32,000 nucleotides of DNA. Source: Candidatus Woesearchaeota archaeon (GTDB lineage: Archaea; Nanobdellota; Nanobdellia; Woesearchaeales; DSVV01). Positions 24,783-32,000 of the stretch are shown here, one piece after another. Positions within the stretch are counted from its first letter, which is position 1, and every line of letters begins with the position of its first letter. The notes beneath the pieces were generated by a model. It was given only the letters and a program-made list of their open reading frames with translations, was not told the origin of the DNA and ran no database searches. The stretch lies in contig JACPTB010000005.1 of assembly GCA_016192995.1 (NCBI GenBank), positions 206,791 to 238,790 of the forward strand. The letters run 5' to 3'. A program made the translations under genes and the position numbers.

Positions 24783-25652
24783 TTAATTATGCGCGCCTCT
24801 TGATTTCAATACATCAAAGAAAGTATCGAATATTGGTTCATCAGTAGTTACCTGATTAAAACTTGCATGTAACCCAATGCAGATATCATGGATTTTAGAA
24901 GAATGTTCATTTAATTTCTGCTGGTATTTTTCACGCAATCGCTTGCTCATAAACGTATGCAATACCTGATTTGATTCAGCGTCATATAATTTAACATCTC
25001 CTTCAAAATTCAATTCTTTTTCAACACGATCAAGAACTTGGATTACTTTAATCTCTTGTTTTCCTAAACGCAATAATCCTCGTTCGATTTCTTCTGGGGG
25101 AAACAGAAAATCGCTTGCAAGCACAATTAATGACCTTCCCTTTAATGTTTTTCTTAATTTAACCATAGCATCCTCAAAATTAGAAACACCTTTCGCAGAG
25201 ATTTCATTAATATTATCAATTACTGATACCATTTGCGACATTCCTCTTCGCGGCCGTAAGGTATTAAGCTGCGCAGAAAAGGTAGAGAATTGGAATTTAT
25301 CATTCTCTTTCATAGCAAGATACGCAAACCCAGCTCCAATCATACCGCCGTATTCATACTTATTCAACGGTTTGCCAAAATTCATGCTTGCGCTAGCATC
25401 GACAATAATATACACGGTTAGAGTTCTATCTTCTTCATATTGTTTGACATATAATTTATCAGTTCTTCCAAGAAGCTTCCAATCAACAAGCCTTATATCG
25501 TCTCCAGCGACATAATTTCTGTAATCTTTGAGTGTTAATCCATGCCCAAAAGCAATAGATCTTCTTGCGCCGGAGTAATTAGAAGTAACCCTCTTATTGA
25601 CAATTAAACTAAATCTATTCAATTGCTCTAAAAAATCAGTTTTGATGGCCAT
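24783..25652 (-). CDS. DUF58 (vWA-fold) protein, MoxR partner
   Basis: GHGLTLKDYRNYVAGDDIRLVDWKLLGRTDKLYVKQYEEDRTLTVYIIVDASASM is the DUF58 signature. It starts 3 nt after the MoxR stop. Confidence 0.85.
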   Translation of the reverse strand: MAIKTDFLEQLNRFSLIVNKRVTSNYSGARRSIAFGHGLTLKDYRNYVAGDDIRLVDWKLLGRTDKLYVKQYEEDRTLTVYIIVDASASMNFGKPLNKYEYGGMIGAGFAYLAMKENDKFQFSTFSAQLNTLRPRRGMSQMVSVIDNINEISAKGVSNFEDAMVKLRKTLKGRSLIVLASDFLFPPEEIERGLLRLGKQEIKVIQVLDRVEKELNFEGDVKLYDAESNQVLHTFMSKRLREKYQQKLNEHSSKIHDICIGLHASFNQVTTDEPIFDTFFDVLKSRGAHN

Positions 25653-25655
25653 TAT

Positions 25656-28172
25656 TTATTTAAGCTCCTTTTTGAGGATCTCACGGATAACATCATCAGT
25701 TGTCATACCTTTTCTCTCTGCTTCAAAGTTAAGAACAATTCTATGCCGCAGGACAGGGTAGGCTAATTTTTCAATATCTTTTGCGCTAACATGGCTTCTC
25801 CCGGTGATTAATGCTTGCGCTTTCGCAGCTAAAATCAAGCCAATGCTTGCTCGAGGTGATGCGCCATATTCAATATGATCTTTATCATTTCTTGTCGCAG
25901 CAACAATTTTAACCACTGCTTTTTGCAAATCATCAGATAAAGGAACCTGCCTGGTAAATTTTTGCAAGGCTAAGAATGAATTCTTGCCCAAGATCTTTCT
26001 AATCTCTGGATCCTTTAATTGTTTTGCATATCTATTAACTATTTCTATCTCATCATCAAATTTAGGATAGTCTATTTTTATTTTTAATAAAAACCTGTCT
26101 GTTTGCGCTTCAGGCAAAGGATAGGTGTTATGATTTATGCCACAACCTCCGAACCCTGCTATGTAATTTTGATGTTCAGGAACGGTTAATCCAAAAGCCA
26201 TGCCTTTTGAAGGAGCGTACTCAATAGATGCAATGCCATCATAATAAATATCTTCACTGAGCAAGGCTTTGCAATACTCAAGTAATTGTTCAGCCTCTTC
26301 AAGGCATTTTTCATATTTTTGTTCCAGTACTTGTTTTATTGCTGATGCAGAATGAGGAGTGCTTCCCTGATAAAGATTCCATACTTGATTTTTTGAAATT
26401 TGCAATTGTTGAGCAATTGCCGTCATAGGGAGTCCAATATTTGCTGCAAAATACCTTGGATTTTGTTCAAGTTCTGCGGTAAACGCTGCTTCTTTTCGAT
26501 AGTTAATTTCATGGTCTATATCATCAACAAATTGCTGGAGAGAATTAACTGCCATTACTGTTTCTCCTTCTTTTATTCCTTTATAACTCCCATACCAGCT
26601 TCGTTCAGTGAAGGTTTTTCTCCCTTTTAATGTGTGGAAACTGTTTAAACCAAGCATTTCTACTAATGATAAAATTACCCTTCGAGAAACAGGAACTACG
26701 CGGAAGCTTGAGGCAATAGTTCTTTGAAGATTGATTCCCATCATTTTTTCCTGAGATAGCCATCCTATGTTCTTCAAAAATGCAACGCAATCTTCTCCTT
26801 GAATTTTTAGCCTAAAAATTCTCCCATCAAAACGAGGATATGAAATAATGCCTTCACGCAATAACATATAAGAAATGAGGTTTATATTATGTTCACTTTT
26901 TTGGGTGAAAACAATTCTATTGTCTCGTAGTGATGATTCAAGCGCAATAAATGTTTTTAAAAATTCTCTATTCATTGCATCAGGAAAAGATAAAAACCAT
27001 GACGGAATTTGTTTATCTTTTCCACCTTTCACACCAAATCTAATACGAAGATATTCTACCAATGGTTTAGCATAGATAGTAGCGTATCTGCACCCTCTGT
27101 TTAAAGTTACTGCAGGGTTAAATCCATATTTTTTTGATATAGTTACAAATCGATCAAGCACTTCAGGATAATTTTTCTGCACTGCTTGAACTGATTTTTC
27201 GCCAATATAACCATCAGATAATAAAAATCCTATCCAAAACGCAAAATCTTCATCAAAATGTATCTCCTTTGTCAACGGTTTTTGTTCCATTTGTGCTATG
27301 GTTTCTTGATGAGTTGGTATTTTTACAAAGTTAGGGTCAACAGAAATTTTTCGTGGATTAACTAAATAATCATATTTTGTTAAATCTTCTGCTTTTTTCC
27401 ACATTATAATCCCATGTTCATTGACAAGGAAAGGATGGTTTTTAGTTACTGTTATCTTTTTTCCTGTTTTTGTAGTAATCGTTGCCATCTCAGCATTATA
27501 AGGAAGTGTATATAAATAACAGGATTGTTGTTCTAATTTACCGTGAGGATTCAAAGCAAGGGTGTAGGCATTAAGCTGATATAATTTTATTCCCTTCTCA
27601 TCTTCTGCTATGCAATTATCGCCAGCAAGAGCTAGAAGTTCATTTCCCGTCTTAAGCTGGCCATTGATAAATACTGTCTGATCAAGCGCTAAGCTTCCTT
27701 CCTGCTCAATGGGGTTCTGTGTTGCTAAAACAAAGAAAGGCTGGGGGAGTTCATAGGTTTTATTTCCAACAGTTACTTGCTTCTCCTGCATTGCCTCTAG
27801 CAGAGCTGATTGTGTTTTAGGCGTTGCCCGATTGATCTCGTCTGCCAGGACAATATTGGCAAAAACAGGACCTTCTTGAAATTTAAAATACCTTTTTCCT
27901 TGATGTTCTTCAATAATCTCTGTCCCTGTAATATCACTTGGCATTAAATCAGGGGTATTTTGAATTCTTGAAAACTTCATATCCATAACATTGGAAAGAG
28001 TTTTAATCGTAAGGGTTTTACCTAACCCCGGGTAACTCTCCAGCAAAGCATTGCTTTCGCATAACATTGCAATAAGAATTTGTTCAACAACATCACGCTG
28101 CCCTACAATGACCTTCTCAATCTCCATAAACACAGCGTCAAATGTTTTTTTAAGCTTTTCTATTTCAATCAT
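25656..28172 (-). CDS. MoxR-family AAA+ ATPase interrupted by a 523-aa intein
   Basis: Exteins are ESYPGLGKT (Walker A), VLADEINRA (Walker B), VLATQNPIEQEG | TYPLPEAQTDRF and YGASPRA. Joined they give 315 aa, the normal MoxR length. Confidence 0.9.
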   Translation of the reverse strand: MIEIEKLKKTFDAVFMEIEKVIVGQRDVVEQILIAMLCESNALLESYPGLGKTLTIKTLSNVMDMKFSRIQNTPDLMPSDITGTEIIEEHQGKRYFKFQEGPVFANIVLADEINRATPKTQSALLEAMQEKQVTVGNKTYELPQPFFVLATQNPIEQEGSLALDQTVFINGQLKTGNELLALAGDNCIAEDEKGIKLYQLNAYTLALNPHGKLEQQSCYLYTLPYNAEMATITTKTGKKITVTKNHPFLVNEHGIIMWKKAEDLTKYDYLVNPRKISVDPNFVKIPTHQETIAQMEQKPLTKEIHFDEDFAFWIGFLLSDGYIGEKSVQAVQKNYPEVLDRFVTISKKYGFNPAVTLNRGCRYATIYAKPLVEYLRIRFGVKGGKDKQIPSWFLSFPDAMNREFLKTFIALESSLRDNRIVFTQKSEHNINLISYMLLREGIISYPRFDGRIFRLKIQGEDCVAFLKNIGWLSQEKMMGINLQRTIASSFRVVPVSRRVILSLVEMLGLNSFHTLKGRKTFTERSWYGSYKGIKEGETVMAVNSLQQFVDDIDHEINYRKEAAFTAELEQNPRYFAANIGLPMTAIAQQLQISKNQVWNLYQGSTPHSASAIKQVLEQKYEKCLEEAEQLLEYCKALLSEDIYYDGIASIEYAPSKGMAFGLTVPEHQNYIAGFGGCGINHNTYPLPEAQTDRFLLKIKIDYPKFDDEIEIVNRYAKQLKDPEIRKILGKNSFLALQKFTRQVPLSDDLQKAVVKIVAATRNDKDHIEYGASPRASIGLILAAKAQALITGRSHVSAKDIEKLAYPVLRHRIVLNFEAERKGMTTDDVIREILKKELK
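26127..27695 (-). mobile_element. Intein with LAGLIDADG homing-endonuclease domain inside the MoxR gene
   Basis: Begins with Ser (SLALDQTVFING, block A-like) and ends GCGINHN, followed by Thr +1. Contains FWIGFLLSDGYIG and EFLKTFIALESS LAGLIDADG-type motifs, plus an HTH-like segment IGLPMTAIAQQLQISKNQV. Confidence 0.85.
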
Positions 28173-28185
28173 GGGTAAAACCTCT

Positions 28186-28249
28186 TTTTAGTCAAGTGAG
28201 AGACCTTCAGCCTCCTGTAACCGGTTGAAGGTCTCTCACTTGACTAAAA
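28186..28249. other. Perfect 24-bp inverted repeat (16-nt loop) spanning the junction between the 246-aa gene and the MoxR gene
   Basis: Positions 28186-28209 are the exact reverse complement of 28226-28249. The stop codon (28207-28209) and the last 14 codons of the upstream gene lie inside the structure. The MoxR ATG (28172) is 14 nt from its base. Confidence 0.8.
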
Positions 28250-28947
28250 TATTTTCTAATATATATTCTTTTCTTTTTTGACAGGAGTTCTTCAAATGTT
28301 TTATCTGATGCTTTGAATAATTCATCAGGCAGAGCTTCAGCCTTTTTGAGCTGGTTTTTATTGCCAATTTCCTGTATTTGGACATCCTGATTCAAATCAT
28401 CTAAAGAAATATCCAAATCAAGCAATGAATCATGAAGCTGGTGTTTTAATAGCGAATTGCGGATGTTAAAACTCAACCCCCTATCTTGGAGTATTCCTTC
28501 AAGATCTAGGATCTGCCATCCATTAACCCCAATAATAATATTAAATATTGCAAAGAGAGAAATAAATGCAAATAATTTACCAAGTTTTTTAAGGTTAATA
28601 AATGACGAAATTCTAATCTCTTTTATCCCTTGAAACACTTGTTCCTGAAGCTTTAATACCATAAAATTCTCTACATGAACATTATCAGCAGCAGTTGAAA
28701 GCATTTCTTTTAAAAAAGGATTTTTCCCCTCAACTTCTTTAAGAGATTTTTTATTAATCTCTTTCTGCACGGTATAGGCAAAATAAAATAATGCTATAAT
28801 GAATGCCATGTTTTTATAAAAATGAATAAGAATTAAGATACTGTACGCCAGCAGAAAAACAATAACTGTTTTGAGGAATGTTGTTAATATAATTACTTTA
28901 TTTTGAGTGTCATATACCTCTTTGAGTGCAATATTAAAACGTGACAT
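28207..28947 (-). CDS. Membrane protein of the MoxR operon (three predicted helices)
   Basis: Hydrophobic segments at VIILTTFLKTVIVFLLAYSILILI, MAFIIALFYFAY and LFAFISLFAIFNIIIGV. Operon position. No family recognised. Confidence 0.55.
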   Translation of the reverse strand: MSRFNIALKEVYDTQNKVIILTTFLKTVIVFLLAYSILILIHFYKNMAFIIALFYFAYTVQKEINKKSLKEVEGKNPFLKEMLSTAADNVHVENFMVLKLQEQVFQGIKEIRISSFINLKKLGKLFAFISLFAIFNIIIGVNGWQILDLEGILQDRGLSFNIRNSLLKHQLHDSLLDLDISLDDLNQDVQIQEIGNKNQLKKAEALPDELFKASDKTFEELLSKKKRIYIRKYFSQVRDLQPVTGG

Positions 28948-28973
28948 AACATACCTCTTCTATTACCTGATTA

Positions 28974-29537
28974 TTAATCAGGTAATTCTAGTTTATTATA
29001 ACAAGATGCTTGGTTGTCATTAGTTCTGCAATGATCAAAATCATCGATAAAGTCACCGGCATCTTTCTTGAATTTCTCCAGTTTACTGTTTGTTTTTTCA
29101 AGCTCGTCAACATTTTCCGTTAAGTCTTCAGTTTGTTTTTGAAGTTTTGCAATGCTGTTTATCTGCTGCGCTACTTGTGTTTTAAGGCTGGTAATAAGGT
29201 CATCTTTGTTGACAAGATCTTCTTGAGTTTTCTCAAGTTCACCTTCTGTTTCTTCATAAATAACATTGTATTCTTCTCTTGACTTTAAGAGGAATTGCTT
29301 AGTGTCATTTAATTCCAACGAGAGATTGAAATAATCATTTCTGCATAATTCGAGATTATATAATGTTTTGCTCATATTATTCTTGAGATGAGCTAATTGC
29401 TTTTCAAGAACATCATTGGAATTGTTAATTTTCCCCAGACTTCCTTGATACATTACTGTTAATACCACTAACACCAGCCCTATTCCAAGGATAATATACA
29501 ACAACCTCAGATCAACATCAGATTTTAAGTAACCCAT
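28974..29537 (-). CDS. Membrane-anchored coiled-coil protein of the MoxR operon
   Basis: N-terminal helix LLYIILGIGLVLVVLTVMY, followed by heptad-like E/K/L/Q-rich sequence. Confidence 0.5.
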   Translation of the reverse strand: MGYLKSDVDLRLLYIILGIGLVLVVLTVMYQGSLGKINNSNDVLEKQLAHLKNNMSKTLYNLELCRNDYFNLSLELNDTKQFLLKSREEYNVIYEETEGELEKTQEDLVNKDDLITSLKTQVAQQINSIAKLQKQTEDLTENVDELEKTNSKLEKFKKDAGDFIDDFDHCRTNDNQASCYNKLELPD

Positions 29538-29586
29538 ATTTACACCTTTCTATGTTAAGTATATTTATATTTTATTACATTTTATT

Positions 29587-31923
29587 TTATTGCATTTGGC
29601 TTTGTTTGATTTTGTCTTTAATTCTTCGAATAAGTATTTCAAGCAGTAATAAAGCAATAGCAGCTGTCAAAAGATAAGTATCTAATGGCTTTTTGGTTAA
29701 AATTTCAACCTTTGCATTATTTTTTGTTTGCTGAATAATTGCTTGGACTTGATCTTGATTGAAATAGCTTCCTTTGCTTTTCTTGACTAATTTGTCAAGA
29801 CTTGCTTCATTAAATCCCGTTTGCTCATATTCTTCATCATAATTAACTGCAAAGAGGGTGTTAACAACCGTATCAAAACCAATTTTTGTCGGCACCATAG
29901 TACATTCATAATAATCTTCAATAATCATAAAATTACATCTCTCTGAAACAGGCTTGCCTTTTGTTTTATACTGCACTTTAGTATTCTTATTAACAACAGC
30001 ATCTTGCACGGATACATATTCTTCTTTATTTCTATTAGGATCTCCTACTGCCCAATCAATAGAGCGATATACTAAAAATATGTTATCTTTGTTATATAAT
30101 TCAGGCGCCCATTCTTGACCGGTATCTGTTGAGATAACTACTACTTTATTATAACTATTTGTTGTAATAATCGGAACTCCTGTTCCTGTGGTGACAAGGG
30201 TTCGTGCAGAGGCAGTAGGAATGACATTATTATATCCAAGAATTTCTGCATTAACTGTTGCATCAGCAGTGATCCAATGCTGTGGGTTTGAGATAATTAA
30301 ATTCTTTTCAAAGAGCTTGTTGATGTCAGCAGCATTCTGCATAAACATTCCTCGTCCTTCAGAACTAATAAGCTGCCGTGTAGGTTTTAAGGCATTATCA
30401 TCCAATTGCGTATTGATAACATTAAAACTATGGACTCTTACCCCCATATCTCGCAATACTTGCAAGCTCTGCAAACCTTTTTCAAGCAGTTGCTCATGAA
30501 TTGCTCCATCACTTAATACAATGACATTATTATTGCCTTGTTTTGTTCGCATTTCCTGAGCTGCAAGATCTAATCCTTCATGAATCTCAGCAGGCCTGTA
30601 CCAAATAATTCCGTCAATAGTGGTGATATCTTGATAATCAATCATTGATTTTATCATAGCATCTGCTTTATCAACTCCTCCCCAAGAATGAACAAGCATG
30701 CCAATATGAGCAAAGCTTAATACTTCCATCTGCACAGTCTCGCGGCGTTTGGAAAGAAGCGTTATCATCTGGCCAGCGTATTCTTCTTCAGGAGTGAATT
30801 TAGTATCAATATATCCAGATGCATCAGTAAGAAAAATAAAGTTGAAGTTAGTTCCTGTTTCTTGCATTGATCCACTAACAACAGGCAATAATAAATCAAT
30901 CGGTGATGGACCCCTAAATGAATTTAATCCTCCAAAAAGAACTAAACCATTTCCATCATCAACAAAACTTTCTAGAACACGTGCTTCTTCCTGCGTAATA
31001 CTATGCATTTTATCATCAATGACTACGGCAAAGTATCCCTGAAGACTGGAAGGAATTTTAGATTCTTTGGTAGCATAAAATCGAGCTTGGAGTATTTTAT
31101 CAATGATTGAAGTTTTATCTGAAATATACAACACTTTTGGCTTTTCTACAACATCAACGACTTTGTAATACACATTATTAATTTCAAAAAAGTCTTTATC
31201 AAGAACTCGGGCAACAACTCTGTGCTGCCCGAGTTCATTAAAACGTTTTTTTATTTTAACTTTCTCTTCTCCTTCTTTAACCAGCTGGTCAAACGCAATT
31301 TTATCATCAATAACCACTTGTACTTTTACTAGCTTCTCAATCCCCTTCACGATCAATTGGAAATTATAATCTGTATCAACAATCGATATCTTTGGACCTT
31401 CAATTTTAATGCTGACATCTTTATCTTGAGATGTTAATTTAAGAGCATGGATAGTGGTGTTAAACTTTTCTGCAAATGCTCCAACATCAGAGAAACTCAT
31501 AGAATCCAGATCATTATTACCATCAGTAACAAGGAGAATATTTTTCTTGCTTAATTGCCTGAATATTTCATCTCCTAATGGAGACCGCACATCATTAGCT
31601 ATGTATTTTACCTCAACAGGAACTTCTTTTTCTATTTGTTTAACAAGGTTATTGACCTTGTCTACGTCGCTCTTAAAAAGCGACAGGGAAGTAGAATTAT
31701 CATAAAGGATGGTAACTTCAGGATTTCCATCGCTGTTTTCACGTTTCGTAATAAAAGGATTCGTCAACGCAGCTACCAATAACGTAATAATAATGGTTCT
31801 CGAAACAAATATCCAAAATCGATATCGTCTCTTCTCCTTTTTCTCTTCACTATTAAACCTGACAAAGTTAATCATTAATAACAAAATTAAAACTATCAGC
31901 AGGATCGGGAGCACAAAAATCAT
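29587..31923 (-). CDS. Large BatA/BatB-like vWA-domain membrane protein
   Basis: Two N-terminal helices and one C-terminal helix. MIDAS-type ILYDNSTSL (D-x-S-x-S) and LLVTDGNND. First gene of the operon that ends with MoxR and DUF58. Confidence 0.65.
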   Translation of the reverse strand: MIFVLPILLIVLILLLMINFVRFNSEEKKEKRRYRFWIFVSRTIIITLLVAALTNPFITKRENSDGNPEVTILYDNSTSLSLFKSDVDKVNNLVKQIEKEVPVEVKYIANDVRSPLGDEIFRQLSKKNILLVTDGNNDLDSMSFSDVGAFAEKFNTTIHALKLTSQDKDVSIKIEGPKISIVDTDYNFQLIVKGIEKLVKVQVVIDDKIAFDQLVKEGEEKVKIKKRFNELGQHRVVARVLDKDFFEINNVYYKVVDVVEKPKVLYISDKTSIIDKILQARFYATKESKIPSSLQGYFAVVIDDKMHSITQEEARVLESFVDDGNGLVLFGGLNSFRGPSPIDLLLPVVSGSMQETGTNFNFIFLTDASGYIDTKFTPEEEYAGQMITLLSKRRETVQMEVLSFAHIGMLVHSWGGVDKADAMIKSMIDYQDITTIDGIIWYRPAEIHEGLDLAAQEMRTKQGNNNVIVLSDGAIHEQLLEKGLQSLQVLRDMGVRVHSFNVINTQLDDNALKPTRQLISSEGRGMFMQNAADINKLFEKNLIISNPQHWITADATVNAEILGYNNVIPTASARTLVTTGTGVPIITTNSYNKVVVISTDTGQEWAPELYNKDNIFLVYRSIDWAVGDPNRNKEEYVSVQDAVVNKNTKVQYKTKGKPVSERCNFMIIEDYYECTMVPTKIGFDTVVNTLFAVNYDEEYEQTGFNEASLDKLVKKSKGSYFNQDQVQAIIQQTKNNAKVEILTKKPLDTYLLTAAIALLLLEILIRRIKDKIKQSQMQ

Positions 31924-32000
31924 ATAAGGTTTTTCAATAGTTATTAATCCTAGTTGATCGAGAAGTATGATTATAAATCACCTCTGAACTTAATATAGAG

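Noticed and set aside
31971-32000. Possible 3' end of another minus-strand gene at the window edge, and a GAGGTGAT motif about 50 nt upstream of the vWA gene ATG.
   Set aside because: Only about 9 codons are visible, and the motif is too far from ATG 31923 to serve as its ribosome-binding site. This is insufficient evidence for a feature.

Overview
AT-rich archaeal chromosomal segment. The archaeal call rests on ribosomal protein S8e, aIF5B, a class-III-signal pilin, a TrmB regulator, DUF371 and TATA-type promoters close to start codons; a DPANN-like lineage is only an inference from composition and gene content. Housekeeping genes (S8e, aIF5B, transketolase, PUA and Nip7-like RNA-binding proteins) are mixed with accessory genes: a nucleotidyltransferase/HEPN pair, HicAB, a solo HEPN protein, a 1065-aa IPT/TIG surface protein, an ORF6N protein in a very AT-rich islet, and a five-gene MoxR-DUF58-vWA membrane operon. 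The MoxR ATPase carries a 523-aa LAGLIDADG intein. The most unusual content is non-coding. At least ten copies or fragments of nested, long-hairpin MITE-like elements fill intergenic space. Four of them have perfect 8-bp target-site duplications. They use at least three terminal-repeat classes; one resembles IS6/IS26 ends. They share two small internal hairpin modules, and one module shows compensatory stem substitutions around a conserved 15-nt loop. These elements abut or overlap gene 3' ends, donate stop codons, create spurious ORFs and have truncated a RidA gene. No transposase is present in the window. Other observations: a frameshifted solute-binding protein gene, a HicA toxin cut by an in-frame TGA, an unannotated Cys-rich 52-aa ORF, and a 24-bp perfect hairpin at an operon junction.
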